A DNA stretch of 64,000 nt, from the NCBI GenBank assembly GCA_035316145.1, contig DATHJO010000015.1, forward strand, positions 9,272 to 73,271, read 5' to 3'. Positions 20,363 to 28,703 of the stretch are shown in pieces. The DNA comes from Allosphingosinicella sp. Its GTDB lineage: Bacteria; Pseudomonadota; Alphaproteobacteria; Sphingomonadales; Sphingomonadaceae. The notes under the pieces were generated by a model that was not told where the DNA came from, did not search any database, and saw nothing but the letters and a program-made list of their open reading frames with translations. The translations under genes and the position numbers were made by a program. How positions within the stretch are numbered: the first letter of the stretch is position 1; each line of letters starts with the position of its first letter.

Positions 20363-20787
20363 GCGATCTCCGGCTCGATCGGCACCGGATCGGCGAGGCT
20401 GAGCCCGTCGAGGATGCGCGCGGTCTCGTCGCGCACCATCAGCATTGCCCGATGGAGCCGGCATTTGTCCTCGCTGATGCAATTCTTGCACTGCTCGTAG
20501 GCGAGCCGGCTGGCGCAGGGGAGCAGGCCCAGCGAGCCGCGCGTCAGCCGGACGATCTCGCCATAGCTGATCTCGGCCGGCGGCTTGGCCAGCCAATAGC
20601 CGCCCTCGCGGCCGCGCATCGTTTCGACCAGGCCGGCGCGGCGCATCTGGGAGAGGATCACGGTCAGGAACTTGGGCGGCAGATTCTGCGCGACCGCAAT
20701 CTCGGCGAGTTGGACCGGTCCCTCGCCGAAACGGTCGGCGAGATGGAGGAGGGCCCGGATTGTATACCGCGTCCGTTGAGAAAGCAT
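20359..20787 (-). CDS. Rrf2-family transcriptional regulator
   Basis: MLSQRTRYTIRALLHLA...LAEIA...FLTVILSQMRRAGLV winged helix, plus a C-terminal Cys cluster (CASRLAYEQCKNCISEDKC). Confidence 0.9.
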   Translation of the reverse strand: MLSQRTRYTIRALLHLADRFGEGPVQLAEIAVAQNLPPKFLTVILSQMRRAGLVETMRGREGGYWLAKPPAEISYGEIVRLTRGSLGLLPCASRLAYEQCKNCISEDKCRLHRAMLMVRDETARILDGLSLADPVPIEPEIA

Positions 20788-20846
20788 GGCGCCCCCATGA
20801 ACTCCCGGGCGGCGCTTGGCAACGGGGCTTGCGCGACATCATGAAG

Positions 20847-20861
20847 TGTATACAGTATACA
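20847..20861. promoter_or_regulatory. Candidate GntR-type operator
   Basis: 15-bp palindrome TGTATAC-A-GTATACA ending 2 nt before the GntR ATG. A further GTATAC lies at about 20762. Confidence 0.45.
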
Positions 20862-20863
20862 AT

Positions 20864-21529
20864 ATGGCGACGGCTTCGATCCTCCCCCGCGACAATCTCA
20901 GCGATGAAGCGGCGCTCGCCGTGCGCAACATGATCGTCGATGGACGGCTCGGCGCCGGCGCCCGGATCAACGAGGTCCATCTCGCCCGGCAGCTCGGCAT
21001 CAGCCGGACGCCGCTGCGCGAGGCGCTGTCGGGGCTGGAGCAGGAGGGCGCGGTGACCGGCGTGGCCCGTCTCGGCTGGTTCGTGCGGCCGCTGACGCTC
21101 GACGAGTTCCGCCAGATCTATCCGATGCGAGCGCTGCTCGATCCCGAGGCGCTGCGCCTGGCGGGGCTGCCCGCGCCGGACAGGCTCGCCAGGCTGCGGA
21201 CGCTGAATGACCGGATCGGCCACGCGCGCGATGCCGACGCGATCATCGCGCTCGACGACGATTGGCACCGGCTGCTGATCGCCGGCTGTCCGAACCGCGT
21301 CCTGCTCGAGCTGATCGATCAGTTCATCCGCCGCACCCGCCGCTACGAGATCGCCTTGATGCGCGAGGGGCGCAACGTCGCGGCCGCGACCGCCAATCAT
21401 GACGACATCATGGCCGCGCTCGAGGCCGGCGACCTCGCGGCGGGCTGCGCGGCGCTGCGCAAAAATCTGCAAACCGGCTTCGCCCCGATCGCCGCCTGGC
21501 TGGCGGAGCGCGAGGAGACAGGAACATGA
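20864..21529 (+). CDS. GntR-family (FadR-like) transcriptional regulator
   Basis: INEVHLARQLGISRTPLREAL HTH and an FCD-like C-terminal domain. Its stop overlaps the next start (ATGA). Confidence 0.85.
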   Translation: MATASILPRDNLSDEAALAVRNMIVDGRLGAGARINEVHLARQLGISRTPLREALSGLEQEGAVTGVARLGWFVRPLTLDEFRQIYPMRALLDPEALRLAGLPAPDRLARLRTLNDRIGHARDADAIIALDDDWHRLLIAGCPNRVLLELIDQFIRRTRRYEIALMREGRNVAAATANHDDIMAALEAGDLAAGCAALRKNLQTGFAPIAAWLAEREETGT

Positions 21530-23337
21530 TCAGGCTCGTCGCTCTCGCGTTCGCCTTGCCGTTGCTGCTGGCGGCGCAGTCGCCGCCCGCCGCGGCCGAT
21601 CCGCTGATCGGACTGTGGGCGTTCGAGGGGGATTACGGGCCGGCGCCGCGCGGCCCGCTGACGATCCGCCGATTGCGCGGCGGCTGGAGGGCGGAAATCG
21701 GCGACGTGGCGGTGCCGGCGACGGTGACGGGCAATTCGATCCGCGTCACCTTCGGCACGCTCGCCGGCTTTCGCGGCCGGCTCAATGGCCGGACGATCAG
21801 CGGCTTCTGGCTGCAGCCCTCGGGCGCGACCGCGGACCGGCGCGATCCGGGCGGCACCGGCCAGGCCTTCGCCACGCCGGTCGAGCTCAGGCGCGGCTCC
21901 GGCAACGTCTGGCGCGGCACGGTGACGCCGCTCGACGATCGCTTCACCCTCTATCTCAGCATCTTCCGCGCCGCCGACGGCGCGCTCACCGGCGCGTTCC
22001 GCAACCCCGAGCTCAACAGCAATGGCGGCGCCTCCCGCTTCGCGGTCACTCGCGACGGCGATGCGGTCCGCTTCAACCTGCGCTACGAGGGCGGCGAGAT
22101 CGACCACCGCGCGACCTTCCTTCATGCCCCCGACCGGCTGCGCATCCGCTGGGACAATCTCGGCCGCGAGATCGAGCTGACGCGCATCGACCCGGCCCGC
22201 GCGGCGAGCTTCTTCCCGCGTCCGCCCGGCGCGCCGCTTTACGTCTATCGTGCCCCGCCGGAGACCGGCGACGGCTGGCGGACCGCCGCCGCCCGCGAGC
22301 TCGGCGCCGACGAGGCGGCGCTCGCGCGCATCGTCGGCGACGTCGCCGCTTCGGACCCGACCGCCCGGCCGCCGACCCTGATCCATTCGATGCTGGTCGC
22401 CTATCGCGGCCGGCTGGTGCTCGAGGAATATTTTTTCGGCTACGATCGCGACACGCCGCACGACACGCGCTCGGCGGGCAAGACCTTCTCGTCGGTGATG
22501 CTCGGCGCGGCGATGATGCGCGGTACCGCCATCTCGCCCGACACGCGGATCTATCCGCTGCTCGCCGCAATGGGGCCCTTCGCCAATCCGGACCCGCGCA
22601 AGGAAAGGATCACGCTCGCCCAGCTGATGACCCACAGCGCCGGCCTCGCCTGCAACGACAATGACGAGGCCTCGCCCGGCAACGAAGACACGATGCAGAG
22701 CCAGCGCGAACAGCCCAATTGGTGGAAATATACGCTCGACCTGCCGATGGCGCACGATCCCGGCACCCGCTACGCCTATTGCTCGGCCAATATGAACCTG
22801 GTCGGCGGCGCCCTCACCGCAGCGACCGGAACGTGGCTGCCCGAATATTTCGAACGCACCGTCGCCCGGCCGCTCCAGTTCGGCCGCTGGCACTGGAATT
22901 TGATGGCGAACGGCGAAGGCTATCTCGGCGGCGGCGCCTTCCTGCGGCCGCGCGACCTGCTCAAGATCGGCCAGGCTTATCTGGGCGGCGGCGTGTGGAA
23001 CGGACGCCGGATCGTCGCCGCGCCCTGGGTCGCCGCCTCGACCGCGCCGCGGATCGAGATCAGCCCGGCGACCACCGGCTACAGCGAGGAGGAGTTCGGC
23101 AATTATTACGGCCGCGGCCGGGACGGGCTCGCCTGGCACCTCGGCGCGCTCAACGTCGGCGGCCGCGAGGTCCCCACCTATGCCGCCGGCGGCAATGGCG
23201 GCCAGGTGCTGCTCGTCGTCCCCGCTTACGACCTCGTCGTCGTCTTCACCGGCGGCAATTACGGCCAGGGCGGGGTCTGGGGCCGCTGGGGCCAGAACAT
23301 CGTCGCCGACCGCATCGTCCCCGCCCTCGGCCGCTAG
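21526..23337 (+). CDS. Secreted serine hydrolase (beta-lactamase/transpeptidase-like family)
   Basis: 603 aa with a signal peptide and SxxK motif (SAGKTFSS). Confidence 0.8.
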   Translation: MIRLVALAFALPLLLAAQSPPAAADPLIGLWAFEGDYGPAPRGPLTIRRLRGGWRAEIGDVAVPATVTGNSIRVTFGTLAGFRGRLNGRTISGFWLQPSGATADRRDPGGTGQAFATPVELRRGSGNVWRGTVTPLDDRFTLYLSIFRAADGALTGAFRNPELNSNGGASRFAVTRDGDAVRFNLRYEGGEIDHRATFLHAPDRLRIRWDNLGREIELTRIDPARAASFFPRPPGAPLYVYRAPPETGDGWRTAAARELGADEAALARIVGDVAASDPTARPPTLIHSMLVAYRGRLVLEEYFFGYDRDTPHDTRSAGKTFSSVMLGAAMMRGTAISPDTRIYPLLAAMGPFANPDPRKERITLAQLMTHSAGLACNDNDEASPGNEDTMQSQREQPNWWKYTLDLPMAHDPGTRYAYCSANMNLVGGALTAATGTWLPEYFERTVARPLQFGRWHWNLMANGEGYLGGGAFLRPRDLLKIGQAYLGGGVWNGRRIVAAPWVAASTAPRIEISPATTGYSEEEFGNYYGRGRDGLAWHLGALNVGGREVPTYAAGGNGGQVLLVVPAYDLVVVFTGGNYGQGGVWGRWGQNIVADRIVPALGR

Positions 23338-23376
23338 CCCTCTCTCCCCAACCCTCTCCCCGCTGGGGAGAGGGGC
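23338..23376. repeat. Palindromic intergenic element (copy R5)
   Basis: CCCTCTCTCCCC followed by hairpin CCCTCTCCCC-gct-GGGGAGAGGG, directly after the hydrolase stop. Confidence 0.85.
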
Positions 23377-23911
23377 CGATGTCATTACGGCCGCGCGTGA
23401 ACGGCGGCTGACGGACGCGTTCAGCGCCCGATCAACCCCTTGATGTAAAAGCCGCTTCGAGCCCGGACGGCGCGCGTGAGCGCCCCGGGCTCGGTTGCGA
23501 ATGGAATCCCTCGCGTTGCGTACCGAGGGAGGGGCCGGCGCTCCGCAGGGCGTCGGCCCCACTTCGTCTCGGCCGGTTTGCGAGAGGACGGCGTGGGCCG
23601 CCTTTTCCGCCGGTCTCCCGCTTGGCGGGCCTTTCCGTTCGCCGCAGCGAAAATTGCGACGAAGCGAGCCGCCGGATTCGATTTACCATATTGCATCTGA
23701 ATCCAGTTGAGGCACAATGGCTAGTGGCGCTTCGCAGGGGGAGACGCTAAAGGTTGTGGGAGCGCCTTCGGCCACCATATCGGGTCGACGGGAGAGCCGT
23801 GTCTCTGTGGATATCGGGGACAAGCCCAAATTAGCCCACCGCTCCCCTTCGGATTCGCCTAGAACCGGCGCAACGCCTATATAGAACGTATTAGGAACGA
23901 GGGACTCGGAG

Positions 23912-25819
23912 ATGGATCTGTCCGGCAGCAGCGAGGTGAGCGCGAGCGACGTCACGATGACGGCGGATCCGCCGGCGAAAAAGGCCAGGGGGAAGACCCG
24001 GATGGGCGAATCGAAGGCGGCGGAGGCGCGGGCCTTCGACGTCGTCAGGGATCATGGCCGCGATTCGCTGCTCACCGATTTCGGCAAGGACACGCTCCAG
24101 GACCGCTATCTGCTCCCCGGCGAGTCCTACCAGGATCTGTTCGTCCGGGTCGCCTCGGCCTATGCCGACGACGAGGCCCACGCCCAGCGGCTCTACGATT
24201 ATATCTCGAAGCTGTGGTTCATGCCGGCGACGCCGGTCCTCTCCAACGGCGGCACCGGGCGGGGGCTGCCGATCTCCTGCTACCTCAACAGCGTCGACGA
24301 CAGCCTCGAAGGGATCGTCGGCACCTGGAACGAGAATGTCTGGCTGGCGGCGCGCGGCGGCGGCATCGGCACCTATTGGGGCAATGTCCGCGGCATCGGC
24401 GAGGCGGTCGGCCTCAACGGCAAGACCAGCGGCATCATCCCGTTCGTGCGGGTGATGGATTCGCTGACGCTGGCGATTTCGCAAGGCTCGCTTCGGCGCG
24501 GCTCGGCCGCCTGCTATCTCGACATCTCGCACCCCGAGATCGAGGAGTTCCTCGAGATCAGGAAGCCGTCGGGCGACTTCAACCGCAAGGCCCTCAACCT
24601 CCACCACGGCGTGCTCGTCAGCGACGCCTTCATGGCGGCGGTGCGCGACGGTCGCGAATGGCTGCTGCAGAGCCCCAAGGACGGCTCCGAGCGCGGCTCG
24701 GTCGACGCCCGCTCGCTGTTCCAGAAGCTGGTCGAGACGCGGCTGGCGACCGGCGAGCCCTACATCATCTTCATCGACCAGGTGAACCGGTCGATGCCCA
24801 AGCACCATCGCGACCTGGGGCTCAAGGTCACCACCTCGAACCTGTGCTCGGAGATCACCCTGCCGACCGGCATCGACCATCTCGGCGCGGCGCGGACCGC
24901 GGTCTGCTGCCTGTCCAGCCTCAACCTCGAGACCTGGGACGAATGGCACGGCGACAAGGTCTTCATCGAGGACGTGATGCGCTTCCTCGACAATGTCCTC
25001 ACCGACTATATCGACCGCGCCCCCGAGGAGATGGCGCGGGCCAAGTACAGCGCCGAGCGCGAGCGCTCGGTCGGGCTCGGCGTGATGGGCTTCCACTCCT
25101 TCCTCCAGGCCCGCGGCCTCCCGTTCGAAGGGGCGATGGCCAAATCGTGGAACCTGAGGATCTTCCGGCATATCCATGCCCAGGCCAGCGAAGCGAGCCT
25201 GATGCTCGCCAACGAGCGCGGCCCCTGCCCCGACGCGGCCGACATGGGGGTGATGGAGCGGTTCAGCTGCAAGATGGCGATCGCGCCGACCGCGTCGATC
25301 TCGATCATCTGCGGCGGCACCAGCGCCTGCATCGAGCCGATTCCGGCCAATATCTACACCCACAAGACGCTGTCGGGCTCGATCTCGATCCGCAACCCGC
25401 ATCTCGAACGGCTGCTCGTCGCCAAGTCCAAGAACAGCGAGGGCATCTGGTCGACGATCCTCGAACGCGGCGGCTCGGTCCAGCATCTCGATTTCCTCAC
25501 GCCCGAGGAAAAGGACGTGTTCAAGACCAGCTTCGAGATCGACCAGCGCTGGCTGATCGAGCTCGCCGCCGACCGAACCCCCTATATCGACCAGGCCCAG
25601 TCGCTCAATCTGTTCATCCCGGCCGACGTCGACAAATGGGATTTGCTGATGCTCCACTACCGCGCCTGGGAGCTCGGCATCAAATCGCTTTATTACCTGC
25701 GCTCGAAGTCGGTCCAGCGCGCCGGCTTCGCCGGCGGCGTCGAGGCCGACAACACGCCGGACCTCAGGGAGATCGAGCTGCAGTCCACCGACTATGACGA
25801 GTGCCTGGCGTGCCAATGA
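23912..25819 (+). CDS. nrdA: Ribonucleoside-diphosphate reductase alpha subunit (class I, short form without obvious ATP-cone)
   Basis: 635 aa: PATPVLSNGG...SCYL...GGGIG...LCSEI... are typical R1 motifs. N-terminal ~45 aa are low complexity, so the start is somewhat uncertain. Confidence 0.9.
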   Translation: MDLSGSSEVSASDVTMTADPPAKKARGKTRMGESKAAEARAFDVVRDHGRDSLLTDFGKDTLQDRYLLPGESYQDLFVRVASAYADDEAHAQRLYDYISKLWFMPATPVLSNGGTGRGLPISCYLNSVDDSLEGIVGTWNENVWLAARGGGIGTYWGNVRGIGEAVGLNGKTSGIIPFVRVMDSLTLAISQGSLRRGSAACYLDISHPEIEEFLEIRKPSGDFNRKALNLHHGVLVSDAFMAAVRDGREWLLQSPKDGSERGSVDARSLFQKLVETRLATGEPYIIFIDQVNRSMPKHHRDLGLKVTTSNLCSEITLPTGIDHLGAARTAVCCLSSLNLETWDEWHGDKVFIEDVMRFLDNVLTDYIDRAPEEMARAKYSAERERSVGLGVMGFHSFLQARGLPFEGAMAKSWNLRIFRHIHAQASEASLMLANERGPCPDAADMGVMERFSCKMAIAPTASISIICGGTSACIEPIPANIYTHKTLSGSISIRNPHLERLLVAKSKNSEGIWSTILERGGSVQHLDFLTPEEKDVFKTSFEIDQRWLIELAADRTPYIDQAQSLNLFIPADVDKWDLLMLHYRAWELGIKSLYYLRSKSVQRAGFAGGVEADNTPDLREIELQSTDYDECLACQ

Positions 25820-26157
25820 CCCGTCCGCGCCTCCTTGCCCCGCTTGGCGCCCTCGCCGCGCTCGGCGCCTGCGCGACCCAGAGCGCGGCCGCGGTCGCGC
25901 CGGCCGCGCCGGGCTTCCTCTTCGGCCTGTGGCACGGCTTCATCTTCCCGGTCGCCTGGGTGATCTCGCTGTTCGTGCCCGAGGTCGCGGTCTACGCGGT
26001 GCCCAACAATGGCGGCTGGTACGATTTCGGCTATTTCCTCGGCATCGTCGTGTTCGGCGTCGGCGCGAGGAAGAGCCAGATCGTCTATCGCGACCGGGTG
26101 ATCCGCGAGCGCGTCGTCCGCGGCCGCCACACCATTCGCGAGGCGGACGAGGGATGA
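25816..26157 (+). CDS. Small lipoprotein/membrane protein nested in the nrd operon
   Basis: MTRPRLLAPLGALAALGAC lipobox plus 2 TM segments. ATGA overlap with the nrdA stop. Confidence 0.6.
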   Translation: MTRPRLLAPLGALAALGACATQSAAAVAPAAPGFLFGLWHGFIFPVAWVISLFVPEVAVYAVPNNGGWYDFGYFLGIVVFGVGARKSQIVYRDRVIRERVVRGRHTIREADEG

Positions 26158-26423
26158 CCGCGCTGCGGCTCGTCTATCCCGCCCTGCTGGTCGTCTTCGG
26201 CCTGCTGATGCTGTGCAATCCCGGCTGGTTCCGCGAAGCCAAAAGGCGCGAATATCAGAAGCGACTGGCGGCGCGGACGGAGCGCGGCGAGGATGCCTAT
26301 TTCGAGGAGCTGCGCGAGCTCGAAGCCTATCCGCCGCCCCGCACCGTCTATTTGTGGCAGGCGCTGGGCGCGGTCCTGTTCGCGCTCGGCGCCTTCATCA
26401 TCGCCGACCGCCTCACCACATAG
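26154..26423 (+). CDS. Small 2-TM membrane protein nested in the nrd operon
   Basis: 89 aa: MTALRLVYPALLVVFGLLML...ALGAVLFALGAFIIA. ATGA overlap with the previous gene. Confidence 0.6.
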   Translation: MTALRLVYPALLVVFGLLMLCNPGWFREAKRREYQKRLAARTERGEDAYFEELRELEAYPPPRTVYLWQALGAVLFALGAFIIADRLTT

Positions 26424-26445
26424 CAATCGAACCGGAGTTACCCCA

Positions 26446-27510
26446 ATGCCCCTCTTAGAAGCCCGCGCCCAGTACAAGCCGTTCGAATATCCCTGGGCGT
26501 TCGATTTCTGGAAGCGCCAGCAGCAGATCCACTGGATGCCCGAGGAGGTGCCTTTGGGCGAGGATTGCCGCGACTGGGCGCAGAAGCTGACCGAGCACGA
26601 GCGCAACCTGCTCACCCAGATCTTCCGCTTCTTCACCCAGGCCGACATCGAGGTCCAGGATTGCTACCACGACAAATATGGCCGCGTGTTCAAGCCGGTC
26701 GAGATCAAGATGATGCTGGCCGCCTTCTCCAACATGGAGACGGTCCACATCGCCGCCTACAGCCATTTGCTCGACACGATCGGCATGCCCGAGAGCGAGT
26801 ACAGCGCCTTCCTCCAATATAAGGAGATGAAGGACAAGCACGATTATCTCGCCACCTTCAGCGTCGATTCCGACGAGGACATCGCCCGCACGCTCGCCAT
26901 GTTCGGCGGCTTCACCGAGGGGCTGCAGCTGTTCGCCAGCTTCGCGATGCTGATGAACTTCCCCAGGTTCAACAAGATGAAGGGGATGGGCCAGATCGTC
27001 AGCTGGTCCGTGCGCGACGAGAGCCTCCATTGCGAGGGCATCACCCGCCTGTTCCACGCCTTCTGCGCCGAGCGCGATTGCCTGACGCCCGCGGTCCGCA
27101 AGGACATACGCGACGTCTGCCACCACACGGTCGACCTCGAGGACGCCTTCATCGACCTCGCCTTCGAAATGGGGCCGGTCCCCGGCATGACCCCGGCCGA
27201 GATCAAGAAATACATCCGCTACATCGCCGACTGGCGCCTCAGCCAGCTCGGCCTCAAGCCGATGTACATGGTCGACGAGCACCCCTTGCCCTGGCTCGCG
27301 CCTTTGCTCAACGGCGTCGAGCACGCCAATTTCTTCGAAACCCGCGCGACCGAATATTCGAAGGCCGCGACGCGCGGCAATTGGGGCGAGGTCTGGGACA
27401 ATTTCGACAAGCGCCAGTCAGCGAAGGCGGCCAACGACGGTTCATCCGCCGAAGCCCCGGCGAAGGCGGACGACGATATGTTCACGCGGGCGGGCGTGGC
27501 GGCGGAGTAA
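26446..27510 (+). CDS. nrdB: Ribonucleoside-diphosphate reductase beta subunit
   Basis: Di-metal ligands and radical Tyr: ...QADIEVQ..., SNMETVHIAAYS (E-x-x-H-x-x-x-Y), FTEGLQLF, VRDESLH. Start at the internal ATG MPLLEARAQYKPFEYPW. Confidence 0.9.
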   Translation: MPLLEARAQYKPFEYPWAFDFWKRQQQIHWMPEEVPLGEDCRDWAQKLTEHERNLLTQIFRFFTQADIEVQDCYHDKYGRVFKPVEIKMMLAAFSNMETVHIAAYSHLLDTIGMPESEYSAFLQYKEMKDKHDYLATFSVDSDEDIARTLAMFGGFTEGLQLFASFAMLMNFPRFNKMKGMGQIVSWSVRDESLHCEGITRLFHAFCAERDCLTPAVRKDIRDVCHHTVDLEDAFIDLAFEMGPVPGMTPAEIKKYIRYIADWRLSQLGLKPMYMVDEHPLPWLAPLLNGVEHANFFETRATEYSKAATRGNWGEVWDNFDKRQSAKAANDGSSAEAPAKADDDMFTRAGVAAE

Positions 27511-27513
27511 GAC

Positions 27514-27906
27514 GTGCCGGCTGAAGAACCTTCGGCGGCGGTGGAGCGCATCCTCGATTCAGGAAGGAATATTCGCTTCGGCAAGGGCGTTGTCGCGAAA
27601 ACGAGCTACGTGGCCGCCCTGACGGTTGCAGTTTGGGGCATCATTGCGTGGAGGTGGGGCCCCGACCTCCAAAGCAATATGGGAATGGTGGTTGCTGGAC
27701 TCATAGCGACGGCTTTCGCTTTCTGGTTCATTCGTGGGACCCAGAGATTTGCTGAAAACAATCCGGCACAAGCCATGCTCGAGGGTGCCGAACTTTTGGA
27801 ATGGCGACGCATGGACGAAAAGGTGAAAGGGAGCCCATCAACCTCAGACGCTCCTATGATAGAATCGACCGCCATACCGCGCCTGGCTCGCAAGGGCGAA
27901 GACTGA
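27514..27906 (+). CDS. Hypothetical 2-TM membrane protein (islet gene A)
   Basis: 130 aa, GTG start 4 nt after the nrdB stop. TM segments YVAALTVAVWGIIAW and MVVAGLIATAFAFWFI. Lower GC than the flanks. Confidence 0.55.
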   Translation: MPAEEPSAAVERILDSGRNIRFGKGVVAKTSYVAALTVAVWGIIAWRWGPDLQSNMGMVVAGLIATAFAFWFIRGTQRFAENNPAQAMLEGAELLEWRRMDEKVKGSPSTSDAPMIESTAIPRLARKGED

Positions 27907-27907
27907 G

Positions 27908-28183
27908 ATGTCGGGAAAGCACTATTTTTTGTATGTTAATAAGGCATCGGGCAAACGCCCGAACGCCGAAATCGAACAAGCCATTAGTCAGGAAGATTGG
28001 GCGAGATTCAGGGGTGGCGAATTGTACATAATATTCAGTGAAAAAAATGCGGTTGAGATAAGAGATCTTGTGCAGCCTCTGCTCGATGAGAATGATCATA
28101 TTCTAGTCGGCGAGTTCAATAAATCAAATCATAGCGGTCGGTTATCGACGACGACTGTAGATTGGCTAAAAAAGAGGCCGTAG
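27908..28183 (+). CDS. Hypothetical 91-aa cytoplasmic protein (islet gene B)
   Basis: ATG 2 nt after gene A's stop. Strongly AT-rich relative to the window. No domain recognised. Confidence 0.55.
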   Translation: MSGKHYFLYVNKASGKRPNAEIEQAISQEDWARFRGGELYIIFSEKNAVEIRDLVQPLLDENDHILVGEFNKSNHSGRLSTTTVDWLKKRP

Positions 28184-28213
28184 TTCATCTTCACAATTCC
28201 GGGGACATAATAC

Positions 28214-28438
28214 CTAATTCGGCGGCAGGGTGCGGAGCGCCGGAGGCACCACCCCGCTCGCATTCGTCCCCTCCCCGATAAATCGCACCCCGGCCGCCTC
28301 ATAGGCGCGCCGAAGATCGGCGATCAGCTCGGGCTTGATGTCGCGATGGTCGTTCTCGAAGCGGAGGATCGTGCGGCGGCTGACGCCGGCGGTGGCACCG
28401 GCCTGCTCCAGCGACCATTGCAACGCCGCCCGCGCCAT
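28214..28438 (-). CDS. XRE-family HTH regulator
   Basis: ...AQSRMARAALQWSLEQAGATAGVSRRTILRFENDHRDIKPELIADLRRAYEAAGVRFI. Start uncertain (28438-28558). The N-terminal part of the listed ORF has low GC3. Confidence 0.7.
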   Translation of the reverse strand: MARAALQWSLEQAGATAGVSRRTILRFENDHRDIKPELIADLRRAYEAAGVRFIGEGTNASGVVPPALRTLPPN

Positions 28439-28502
28439 GCGGGACTGCGCGGGCGTGAGGACGGGACCTTCCAGAACGAACCCCCTTGACCGGCTTCTTC
28501 GT

Positions 28503-28519
28503 GGTCCCTTAAAGGGACC
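28503..28519. promoter_or_regulatory. 17-bp perfect palindrome, candidate operator upstream of the XRE gene
   Basis: GGTCCCTT-A-AAGGGACC. Confidence 0.4.
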
Positions 28520-28667
28520 GCAAAGAAGGAGACCTCCAGCATGGCTGCCGGGAGGCATAACCTGACGCGCCGGGCGTTGCTAGGCGCGGTCGGTGGCCGA
28601 CACAGATGCCGGCGGTGTGATCCACGCCACAGGGTGCAGACAAAATTTCGCTTGCAGCGGAATCGCG

Positions 28668-28696
28668 TTGACGCTTTTAAGCTGGTAGCTTAAAGA
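28668..28696 (+). promoter_or_regulatory. Promoter of the methyltransferase gene with embedded inverted repeat
   Basis: TTGACG-17 nt-TAAAGA. The spacer contains TTAAGCT-ggt-AGCTTAA. The -10 ends 7 nt before ATG 28704, implying a leaderless or near-leaderless transcript. Confidence 0.5.
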
Positions 28697-28703
28697 TCTC
28701 GTT

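Noticed and set aside
19073-21472. 799-aa minus-strand ORF as a single gene
   Set aside because: Only the C-terminal 429 codons (from GTG 20362, with GxGxxG right after the start) look like a protein. The upstream part runs antisense or out-of-frame through the Rrf2 and GntR genes.
23421-23717. tmRNA / other housekeeping ncRNA (RNase P, SRP, 6S) in the long spacer, or the 98-aa minus-strand ORF
   Set aside because: There is no ANDN-type tag reading frame, no tRNA-like acceptor/T-arm, and no RNase P or SRP conserved boxes. The ORF is Arg/Pro-rich with no SD.
23700-23911. Cobalamin riboswitch upstream of nrdA
   Set aside because: Some short resemblances exist (GCCACC...GGGAGAGCC, AAGCCCAAA). 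The core elements are absent: the GGGAA/GGTG-AA-CC region, CCCGC-ACTGT and the B12 box AGCCAGGAGACCTGCC. An Rfam scan would be needed to revive the idea.
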